IMG/VR virus record: IMGVR_UViG_3300014846_000020
Direction: 5' to 3' (one strand)
DNA: 5,633 nt
From: a virus
Lineage: Duplodnaviria; Heunggongvirae; Uroviricota; Caudoviricetes
The stretch's first letter is position 1. Each line of letters opens with the position of its first letter. Of this stretch, positions 1-5,414 are shown piece after piece. The position numbers and the translations under genes are program-made. The notes beneath the pieces are model-generated. The model made no database searches. It was not told where the DNA came from and saw only the letters and a program-made list of their open reading frames with translations.

Positions 1-1
1 A

Positions 2-679
2 GCTGATAGAAACAGAAGCCACTGGAGCACCTCAAAAACACCATCATACACTAAATCAGTAAGTTGGCAGCATCACCTCCCTGGTGATGATCTGAAACTG
101 CAGACAGCGCAGGATTCAGACAATGGATTTTCGGCGCTTGAACAGGCGCTGCTGCGGTATATCGCCGCCGGTCTTGGCGTTTCCTACGAACAGTTGTCCC
201 GTGATTACTCGAAGGTCAGTTACTCAAGTGCCCGCGCCTCCGCCAATGAGTCGTGGCGCTATTTTATGGGGCGGCGAAAATTTATTGCGGCCCGACTGGC
301 CACGCAGATGTTTTCCTGCTGGCTGGAAGAGGCACTTCTTCGGGGGATTATTCGTCCGCCACGGGCACGTTTTGATTTTTATCAGGCGCGATCAGCCTGG
401 TCACGGGCAGAGTGGATTGGTGCCGGAAGAATGGCCATTGACGGGCTCAAGGAAGTCCAGGAATCAGTGATGCGCATTGAGGCCGGACTGAGCACGTATG
501 AGAAAGAGCTGGCGCTGATGGGCGAGGATTATCAGGACATTTTCCGCCAGCAGGTCAGGGAATCTGCAGAGCGGGAAAAAGCCGGACTCTCACGCCCGGT
601 GTGGATAGCGCAGGCGTATCAGCAGCAGATAGCGGAGAGTCGCAGGCCGGAAGAGGAGACAACACCACGTGAGACGTAA
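2..679 (+). CDS. B: Portal protein, C-terminal portion (5'-truncated by window edge); lambda gpB homologue
   Basis: Frame 2 is open from position 2 to the TAA at 677-679 (I translated 2-193 by hand and found no stops), so the track ORF 194..679 is only the part after an internal Met. The translation LEQALLRYIAAGLGVSYEQLSRDYSKVSYSSARASANESWRYFMGRRKF...GRMAIDGLKEVQESVMRIEAGLSTYEKE closely matches the recalled C-terminus of lambda portal gpB. The gene directly precedes and overlaps the protease gene, as in lambda. Confidence 0.9.
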   Translation, partial: ADRNRSHWSTSKTPSYTKSVSWQHHLPGDDLKLQTAQDSDNGFSALEQALLRYIAAGLGVSYEQLSRDYSKVSYSSARASANESWRYFMGRRKFIAARLATQMFSCWLEEALLRGIIRPPRARFDFYQARSAWSRAEWIGAGRMAIDGLKEVQESVMRIEAGLSTYEKELALMGEDYQDIFRQQVRESAEREKAGLSRPVWIAQAYQQQIAESRRPEEETTPRET

Positions 680-2174
680 TCTTTCACACATTATTGCCGC
701 AGCATTCAATGAACCGCTGCTTCTGGAGCCCGCCTATGCGCGGGGTTTTTTTTTCGCGCTCGGGCGCGAGATGGGGGCAGCAAGTCTTTCGGTACCACAA
801 CAACAGGTACAGCTTGATGCTCCCGGAATGCTGGCTGAAACGGACGAGTACATGGCCGGAGGTAAACGACCGGCCCGTGTTTACCGGGTGGTGAACGGTA
901 TTGCTGTCCTGCCGGTGACCGGCAAGCTGGTGCACCGGCTGGGCGGTATGCGGCCATTTTCCGGAATGACAGGCTATGACGGCATTGTCGCCTGTCTTCA
1001 GCAGGCAATGGCAGATAGCCAGGTGCGGGGCGTACTGCTGGACATTGACAGTCCGGGCGGGCAGGCCGCCGGCGCGTTTGACTGCGCTGACATGATTTAC
1101 CGCCTCCGTCAGCAGAAGCCGGTCTGGGCACTGTGCAATGACACGGCCTGTTCTGCAGCCATGCTGCTGGCGTCGGCCTGCTCCCGACGGCTGGTTACCC
1201 AGACATCCCGTATCGGCTCCATTGGCGTGATGATGAGCCATGTCAGCTATGCCGGTCATCTGGCGCAGGCCGGGGTGGATATCACGCTGATTTATGCCGG
1301 GGCGCACAAGGTGGATGGCAATCAGTTTGAAGCCTTACCGGCAGAGGTGCGTCAGGACATGCAGCAGCGGGTTGATGCGGCGCACCGGATGTTTGCCGAA
1401 AAAGTGGCGATGTATACCGGGTTGTCTGTGGATGCGGTCACGGGGACAGAGGCTGCCGTTTTTGAAGGTCAGTCCGCTATTAAGGCCGGACTGGCGGATG
1501 AATTAATCAATGCGTCGGATGCCATCAGCGTGATGGCTGCGGCGCTGAACACTCATGATACAGGAGGCACTATGCCGCAATTAACTGCAACGGAAGCTGC
1601 CGCGCAGGAGAACCAGCGAGTGATGGGGATCCTGACGTGTCAGGAAGCGAAAGGACGTGAACAGCTTGCCACGATGCTGGCAGGACAACAGGGCATGAGC
1701 ATTGAACAGGCCCGGGCGATTCTGGCCGTGGCGGCACCGCAGCAGCCAGTGGCATCCGCGCAGAGTGAAGCCGATCGCATTATGGCGTGTGAAGAAGCGA
1801 ACGGTCGTGAACAACTGGCAGTAACGCTGGCGGCGATGCCGGAGATGACGGTGGAAAAAGCCCGCCCGATCCTGGCTGCTTCACCGCAGGCGAATGCCGG
1901 ACCATCACTCCGTGATCAGATCATGGCACTGGATGAGGCAAAAGGGGCTGAGGCGCAGGCTGAACAGCTGGCTGCCTGCCCGGGAATGACCGTGGAGAGC
2001 GCCCGGGCTGTGCTGGCTGCGGGATCAGGTAAGGCAGAACCGGTCTCTGCATCCACAACCGCCCTGTTTGAACATTTCATGGCGAACCATTCACCGGCTG
2101 CGGTCCAGGGGGGCGTGTCACAGGCGTCAGAAGACGGTGATGCGGACGTGAAAATGCTCATGGCCATGCCATGA
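669..2174 (+). CDS. C: Head maturation protease / scaffold fusion protein (lambda gpC-like, S49/ClpP-type serine peptidase family), 501 aa
   Basis: The translation matches recalled lambda gpC along the N-terminal two thirds: NLSHIIAAAFNEPLLLEPAYARGFFFAL vs lambda NLPHIASMAFNEPLMLEPAYARVFFCAL; VNGIAVLPVTGKLV; PGGQAAGAFDCADMIYRLRQQKPVWALCNDTACSAAMLLASACSRRLVTQTSRIGSIGVMMSH; GVDITLIYAGAHKVDGN; MFAEKVAMYTGLSVDAV; GLADELINASDAISVM. The start is taken as GTG at 669, preceded by GAGGAG at 653-658 (10 nt spacer), overlapping the portal stop by 11 nt. The start is uncertain to within a few codons. Stop is TGA at 2172-2174. Confidence 0.88.
   Translation: MRRNLSHIIAAAFNEPLLLEPAYARGFFFALGREMGAASLSVPQQQVQLDAPGMLAETDEYMAGGKRPARVYRVVNGIAVLPVTGKLVHRLGGMRPFSGMTGYDGIVACLQQAMADSQVRGVLLDIDSPGGQAAGAFDCADMIYRLRQQKPVWALCNDTACSAAMLLASACSRRLVTQTSRIGSIGVMMSHVSYAGHLAQAGVDITLIYAGAHKVDGNQFEALPAEVRQDMQQRVDAAHRMFAEKVAMYTGLSVDAVTGTEAAVFEGQSAIKAGLADELINASDAISVMAAALNTHDTGGTMPQLTATEAAAQENQRVMGILTCQEAKGREQLATMLAGQQGMSIEQARAILAVAAPQQPVASAQSEADRIMACEEANGREQLAVTLAAMPEMTVEKARPILAASPQANAGPSLRDQIMALDEAKGAEAQAEQLAACPGMTVESARAVLAAGSGKAEPVSASTTALFEHFMANHSPAAVQGGVSQASEDGDADVKMLMAMP
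1359..2174 (+). CDS. nu3: Candidate nested in-frame scaffolding protein (Nu3-like), sharing the C-terminus of gpC; start codon uncertain (alternative ATG at 1572)
   Basis: In lambda, Nu3 is translated from an internal in-frame start in C and equals the C-terminal ~200 aa of gpC (established knowledge). The recalled lambda Nu3 start (MDATRQMFAQKV) aligns to RVDAAHRMFAEKV here, where the equivalent codon is GTT, so the start is not conserved. The nearest in-frame ATG with a Shine-Dalgarno-like element is 1359-1361 (GAGG at 1344-1347, 11 nt spacer). An alternative is ATG 1572-1574, preceded by a perfect AGGAGG at 1562-1567 (4 nt spacer), which would give a 200 aa product. Both are inferences. 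Confidence 0.35.
   Translation: MQQRVDAAHRMFAEKVAMYTGLSVDAVTGTEAAVFEGQSAIKAGLADELINASDAISVMAAALNTHDTGGTMPQLTATEAAAQENQRVMGILTCQEAKGREQLATMLAGQQGMSIEQARAILAVAAPQQPVASAQSEADRIMACEEANGREQLAVTLAAMPEMTVEKARPILAASPQANAGPSLRDQIMALDEAKGAEAQAEQLAACPGMTVESARAVLAAGSGKAEPVSASTTALFEHFMANHSPAAVQGGVSQASEDGDADVKMLMAMP
1608..2030 (+). repeat. Three diverged tandem copies of a ~45-50 aa motif in the scaffold part of gpC, in frame (protein-level repeat; nucleotide copies are not identical)
   Basis: The translation shows ENQRVMGILTCQEAKGREQLATMLAGQQGMSIEQARAILAVAAPQQ, then ADRIMACEEANGREQLAVTLAAMPEMTVEKARPILAASPQ, then LRDQIMALDEAKGAEAQAEQLAACPGMTVESARAVLAAGSG. The conserved Met codons sit at 1623, 1782 and 1923 (spacing 159 and 141 nt). 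Recalled lambda gpC/Nu3 has a single copy (ENSRIMGILNCEEAHGREEQARVLAETPGMTVKTARRILAAAPQ). Confidence 0.6.
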
Positions 2175-2210
2175 AGTCAGTGCTGAACATCAATACGAGG
2201 TTTTAACAAT

Positions 2211-2558
2211 ATGGTGACGAAAACCATCACTGAACAGCGTGCGGAAGTACGTATTTTTGCCGGTAATGATCCGGCTCACACCGCCACAGGCAGCAGCGGG
2301 ATTTCCTCGGCAACACCGGCACTGACACCCCTGATGCTGGATGGGGCCACCGGGAAACTGGTGGTCTGGGACGGACAGAAAGCCGGTAGTGCGGTTGGCA
2401 TACTGGTACTGCCGCTTGAAGGCACAGAGGCGGTGCTGACGTATTACAAGTCGGGGACCTTTGCGACGGAGGCAATCCGCTGGCCTGAAAGTGTGGATGA
2501 ACACAAAAAGGCCAACGCCTTTACCGGCAGTGCCCTGAGTCACGCGGCGCTGCCGTAA
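2211..2558 (+). CDS. D: Head decoration / capsid stabilisation protein (lambda gpD homologue), 115 aa
   Basis: ATG at 2211 with GAGG at 2197-2200 (10 nt spacer). The translation NDPAHTATGSSGISSATPALTPLMLDGATGKLVVWDGQKAGSAVGILVLP...YYKSGTFATEAIRWPESVDEHKKANAFTGSA matches recalled lambda gpD ([37 protein letters not shown]...AVGILA...FYKSGTF...WPEAASDETKKRTAFAGTA). It sits between C and E as in lambda. Confidence 0.9.
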   Translation: MVTKTITEQRAEVRIFAGNDPAHTATGSSGISSATPALTPLMLDGATGKLVVWDGQKAGSAVGILVLPLEGTEAVLTYYKSGTFATEAIRWPESVDEHKKANAFTGSALSHAALP

Positions 2559-2565
2559 CACGTTA

Positions 2566-2587
2566 TCAGGCCACCGCGTTGGCCTGA
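2566..2587 (+). other. Perfect 8 bp inverted repeat (TCAGGCCA / TGGCCTGA) with 6 nt loop in the D-E intergenic gap; possible RNA stem-loop
   Basis: Read directly from the sequence: 2566-2573 TCAGGCCA, loop 2574-2579 CCGCGT, 2580-2587 TGGCCTGA, followed by a modestly T-rich stretch (ATTTCTT) and then the E ribosome-binding site AGGA at 2604-2607. Function is unknown. Confidence 0.3.
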
Positions 2588-2615
2588 CTGATTTCTTAAT
2601 GAAAGGAACTGATTT

Positions 2616-3644
2616 ATGGGATTGTTTACGACCCGCCAGTTACTCGGTTATACCGAACAAAAAGTGAAATTCCGTGCGCTATTTCTGGAGCTGTTTTTCC
2701 GCCGTACGGTGAATTTCCACACCGAAGAGGTGATGCTGGACAAAATTACCGGAAAAACGCCGGTGGCGGCCTATGTCTCCCCGATCGTTGAAGGAAAAGT
2801 GCTTCGCCATCGCGGTGGTGAAACCCGCGTGTTACGTCCGGGCTACGTCAAGCCCAAACACGAATTTAATTACCAGCAGGCGGTTGAGCGCCTTCCTGGT
2901 GAAGATCCGGCTCAGCTGAACGACCCGGCCTACCGTCGTCTGCGTATCATTACCGATAACCTCAAACAGGAAGAGCACGCTATTGTCCAGGTGGAAGAAA
3001 TGCAGGCGGTGAATGCCGTGCTGTATGGCAAATACACCATGGAAGGGGAACAGTTTGACACGGTCGAGGTGGATTTCGGACGCTCTGAAGGAAATAACAT
3101 TGAGCAGGCCGACGGTAAAAAATGGTCTGAGCAGGACCGTGATACGTTTGATCCGACGCATGATATTGACCTTTACTGCGATCAGGCCAGCGGTCTTGTG
3201 AATATTGCCATTATGGACGGTACGGTCTGGCGTCTGCTGAATGGCTTTAAGCTGTTCCGCGAAAAACTGGATACCCGTCGCGGCTCAAATTCACAACTCG
3301 AAACGGCAGTGAAAGACCTGGGAGCGGTGGTGTCTTTCAAAGGGTATTACGGTGATCTGGCCATTGTGGTGGCGAAAACGTCTTATGTGGCAGACGACGG
3401 TACCGAAAAACGTTATCTGCCGGTGGGCATACTGGTCCTGGGGAATACGGCAGCAGAGGGCATTCGTTGCTATGGTGCCATTCAGGATGCGCAGGCGTTG
3501 TCCGAAGGTGTGGTGGCCTCTTCCCGTTATCCGAAACACTGGCTGACTGTGGGCGATCCGGCCCGTGAATTCACCATGACGCAGTCCGCTCCGCTGATGG
3601 TGCTGCCGGATCCGGATGAGTTTGTGGTGGTGCAGGTGAAATAA
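2616..3644 (+). CDS. E: Major capsid protein (lambda gpE homologue), 342 aa
   Basis: ATG at 2616 with AGGA at 2604-2607. There are long stretches of identity to recalled lambda gpE: YVSPIV, PGYVKPKHE, EDPxxLxDPAYRR, QVEEMQAVxAVLxGKYTM, KEKLDTRRGSNSxLETAVKDLG, VLGNT, YPKxWxTxGDPAREFTMxQSAPLM, DPDEFV. The length is nearly the same as lambda's (341 aa). Confidence 0.95.
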   Translation: MGLFTTRQLLGYTEQKVKFRALFLELFFRRTVNFHTEEVMLDKITGKTPVAAYVSPIVEGKVLRHRGGETRVLRPGYVKPKHEFNYQQAVERLPGEDPAQLNDPAYRRLRIITDNLKQEEHAIVQVEEMQAVNAVLYGKYTMEGEQFDTVEVDFGRSEGNNIEQADGKKWSEQDRDTFDPTHDIDLYCDQASGLVNIAIMDGTVWRLLNGFKLFREKLDTRRGSNSQLETAVKDLGAVVSFKGYYGDLAIVVAKTSYVADDGTEKRYLPVGILVLGNTAAEGIRCYGAIQDAQALSEGVVASSRYPKHWLTVGDPAREFTMTQSAPLMVLPDPDEFVVVQVK

Positions 3645-3651
3645 TCCGTGA

Positions 3652-3681
3652 GCGGGGGCGAAATGCCCCCGTGTCTTTTTT
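3652..3681 (+). terminator. Rho-independent-terminator-like hairpin and T-tract immediately downstream of the major capsid gene
   Basis: Stem CGGGGGC (3653-3659) pairs with GCCCCCG (3665-3671), a 7 bp stem that is nearly all G:C plus a possible G-U closing pair at 3652/3672; loop GAAAT (3660-3664); then TGTCTTTTTT, with the T-run at 3676-3681. It lies 8 nt after the E stop (TAA 3642-3644) and ends just before the FI ribosome-binding site AGGAGG (3685-3690). Confidence 0.55.
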
Positions 3682-3695
3682 CACAGGAGGCTGAG

Positions 3696-4079
3696 ATGGC
3701 AACAAAAGAAGAAAATCTGAATCGTCTTCGTCAACTGGCTGGCCTGCTGGGGCGCGAGGCGGATATGTCGGGGAGTGCTGCGGATATTGCGCAACGTGTG
3801 TCTGAGTGGGAAGAGGAGCTTGCTGTTTCCCCGGAGGGCATTATGCACTCTGATGAGAGCGGGGCTGATCAAAATCACACAGACGATGGTGAGCAGTTGA
3901 ACAACACGGATGCTCCGGATGATGTTAAAGCCGTCCGGGTACGGAAGTGCCTGCAAGTAATGGGGTATTGCCCGGAGACAGGTCGTCCCGTTGAGCTGGC
4001 GTTACGGGGTATGCGTGTTCTGGTGCCATCATCACTGGCAACGGCCATGATACAGCACGGAACGGCTGAATATGCGTGA
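3696..4079 (+). CDS. FI: DNA-packaging / head assembly protein FI (lambda gpFI homologue), 127 aa
   Basis: ATG at 3696 is preceded by AGGAGG at 3685-3690 (5 nt spacer). The track ORF starts upstream at GTG 3648, but that start lies inside the terminator hairpin and has no ribosome-binding site. The protein has the lambda FI architecture: N-terminal helical segment (KEENLNRLRQLAGLL vs lambda KDELIARLRSLGEQL), an acidic low-complexity linker, and a C-terminal domain. Position between E and FII matches lambda. Confidence 0.85.
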   Translation: MATKEENLNRLRQLAGLLGREADMSGSAADIAQRVSEWEEELAVSPEGIMHSDESGADQNHTDDGEQLNNTDAPDDVKAVRVRKCLQVMGYCPETGRPVELALRGMRVLVPSSLATAMIQHGTAEYA

Positions 4080-4425
4080 TTTTCAGAATGCCTTTGATGC
4101 TGCCCTCGCCGGGGTGGACAGTACGATCGTTGAAGTGATGGGGCTCTGTGCGCAGTTCACCTCGGGGGCACAGTGTGGCAGCGAAGTTCAGGGGGTTTTT
4201 GACGATCCGGAGTCGCTGGGGTTTGCCGGTGGCGGGGTCCGTATTGAAGGAAGCAGCCCGTCATTATTTGTGCGGACGGATACGGTTCGTGCCGTGCGGC
4301 GTGGTGACACGCTGACCATTAATGGTGAGACATTCTGGGTGGATCGTGTTTCTCCGGATGACGGGGGCAGCTGTTATCTCTGGCTCAACCGTGGGCAACC
4401 ACCCGCAGTTAACCGGCGACGATAA
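4072..4425 (+). CDS. FII: Head-tail joining (head completion) protein FII (lambda gpFII homologue), 117 aa
   Basis: Near-identical segments to recalled lambda gpFII: GVFDDPE, GVRxEGSSPSLFVRTD, VRxxRRGDTLTI, FWVDRVSPDDGGSCxLWLxRGxPPAVNRRR. Same length as lambda gpFII. The start ATG 4072-4074 overlaps the FI stop TGA 4077-4079 (ATGCGTGA). Confidence 0.92.
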   Translation: MRDFQNAFDAALAGVDSTIVEVMGLCAQFTSGAQCGSEVQGVFDDPESLGFAGGGVRIEGSSPSLFVRTDTVRAVRRGDTLTINGETFWVDRVSPDDGGSCYLWLNRGQPPAVNRRR

Positions 4426-4439
4426 ACGCAGGGTGAATT

Positions 4440-5015
4440 ATGGCGATAAAAGGGCTTGATCAGGCGATTGACAATCTGAGCCGGGTTCGTAAAAACGCCA
4501 TTCCGGCTGCTTCTGCAATGACCATTAACCGCGTGGCCACAACGGCGATTAATCAGTCTTCGTCACAGGTTGCCCGGGAAACCAGGGTGAGACGGAAACT
4601 GGTAAAGGAACGGTCCAGACTGAAACGGGCGACGGTCAGAAATCCGAATGCCAGAATTATCGTTAACCGCGGTGATCTCCCTGTGATTAAGCTGGGGATC
4701 AGAATGCTGGGGCGTCGTCCGAACAGCATACTCAAAGCCGGTCAGCATCGTTATCAGCGGGCATTTATCCAGCGATTAAATAATGGGCGCTGGCATGTTA
4801 TGCAACGTCTTCCCCAGGCCAGATATGAGGAGGGCAATGACGACAAGGGAAGGAAAAAGCGTAATCGCCTTCCCATTCAGGTGGTGAAAATCCCGATGGC
4901 GGCCCCACTGAAACAGGCATTTGATGAGAATGTTGACCGTATCCGGCGTGAACGCCTGCCTAAAGAACTGGCATACGCGCTGAAACAACAACTGAGGATT
5001 GCGATAAAACGATGA
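4440..5015 (+). CDS. Z: Tail assembly / tail completion protein Z (lambda gpZ homologue), 191 aa
   Basis: MAIKGLDQAIDNLSR, VARETRVRRKLVKERSRLKRATVRNPNARIIVNRGDLPVIKLG, NGRWHVMQR, VVKIPMAAPL and [25 protein letters not shown] match recalled lambda gpZ (MAIKGLEQAVENLSR..., VARETKVRRKLVKERARLKRATVKNPQARIKVNRGDLPVIKLG, NGRWHVMQR, VVKIPMAVPL, RIRRERLPKELGYALQHQLRMVIKR). Confidence 0.92.
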   Translation: MAIKGLDQAIDNLSRVRKNAIPAASAMTINRVATTAINQSSSQVARETRVRRKLVKERSRLKRATVRNPNARIIVNRGDLPVIKLGIRMLGRRPNSILKAGQHRYQRAFIQRLNNGRWHVMQRLPQARYEEGNDDKGRKKRNRLPIQVVKIPMAAPLKQAFDENVDRIRRERLPKELAYALKQQLRIAIKR

Positions 5016-5407
5016 AACACACTGACATTCGTGCCGCAGTGCTGGATGCACTCGAGCAGCATGAACACGGGGCGACGCTGTTTGATGGTCGCCCCGTTGT
5101 TTTTGACGAAGAGGATTTTCCTGCGATCGCGGTTTATCTGACGGATGCAGAGTATACCGGTGAAGAGCTGGATGCAGATACCTGGCGGGCCACGCTGCAT
5201 ATTGAGGTGTTTTTACCGGCACAGGTACCGGATTCAGAGCTTGATCAGTGGATGGAAAGCCGGATTTACCCGGCGATGACCGCGATCCCGGCACTGGCAG
5301 GACTGATTACCACGATGGTTACGCAGGGCTATGAGTATCGTCGTGATGACGATATGGCGTTATGGAGTTCTGCAGATCTGACTTATTCCATTACATACGA
5401 GATGTGA
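5012..5407 (+). CDS. U: Tail terminator protein U (lambda gpU homologue), 131 aa
   Basis: [90 protein letters not shown]...[25 protein letters not shown] is near-collinear with recalled lambda gpU and the same length. The ATG at 5012-5014 overlaps the Z stop TGA 5013-5015 (ATGA). Confidence 0.93.
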   Translation: MKHTDIRAAVLDALEQHEHGATLFDGRPVVFDEEDFPAIAVYLTDAEYTGEELDADTWRATLHIEVFLPAQVPDSELDQWMESRIYPAMTAIPALAGLITTMVTQGYEYRRDDDMALWSSADLTYSITYEM

Positions 5408-5414
5408 GGACGAT

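Noticed and set aside
123-470. Track ORF of 115 aa on the + strand upstream of the protease gene
   Set aside because: It lies in a different frame from the continuous portal reading frame (2..679), which has clear lambda gpB similarity. Its translation is low-complexity and Arg/Pro-rich, as expected for an out-of-frame read of GC-rich coding DNA.
684-1307. Antisense ORFs of 207 aa (684..1307) and 141 aa (706..1131) opposite the protease gene
   Set aside because: They are fully embedded antisense to the well-supported C gene. Their composition (Arg/Pro/Gly/His/Cys-rich) is typical of spurious ORFs in GC-rich sequence, with no ribosome-binding site or recognisable homology.
1294-1814. Other ORFs overlapping the scaffold region (1294..1506 +, 1570..1755 -, 1581..1814 -, 1916..2167 -)
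   Set aside because: They are out-of-frame or antisense reads of the gpC scaffold repeat region, with no independent support.
1623-1925. In-frame ATGs at 1623, 1782 and 1923 as additional internal starts
   Set aside because: These are the conserved Met residues of the repeated scaffold motif. None has a well-spaced Shine-Dalgarno sequence, so they are more likely structural residues than initiation codons.
2190-2561. Antisense ORFs of 123 aa (2190..2561) and 82 aa (2227..2475) opposite gene D
   Set aside because: They are fully antisense to the gpD homologue, with Cys/Arg-rich composition typical of spurious frames.
2832-3539. Antisense and out-of-frame small ORFs within the major capsid gene (2832..3161 -, 3013..3201 +, 3291..3539 -, 3352..3546 +)
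   Set aside because: All are embedded in the strongly supported gpE frame, and none has a convincing start context or recognisable similarity.
3648-3695. GTG start at 3648 for FI (track ORF 3648..4079)
   Set aside because: This start lies inside the terminator-like hairpin and has no Shine-Dalgarno sequence. The ATG at 3696 has a perfect AGGAGG 5 nt upstream, and the protein aligns with lambda FI from that Met.
4776-5294. Antisense ORFs of 172 aa (4776..5294) and 107 aa (4877..5200) spanning the Z/U junction
   Set aside because: They are antisense to two strongly supported genes (Z and U). I see no ribosome-binding site, and the translation is low-complexity. I cannot fully exclude an antisense gene, but nothing supports one.
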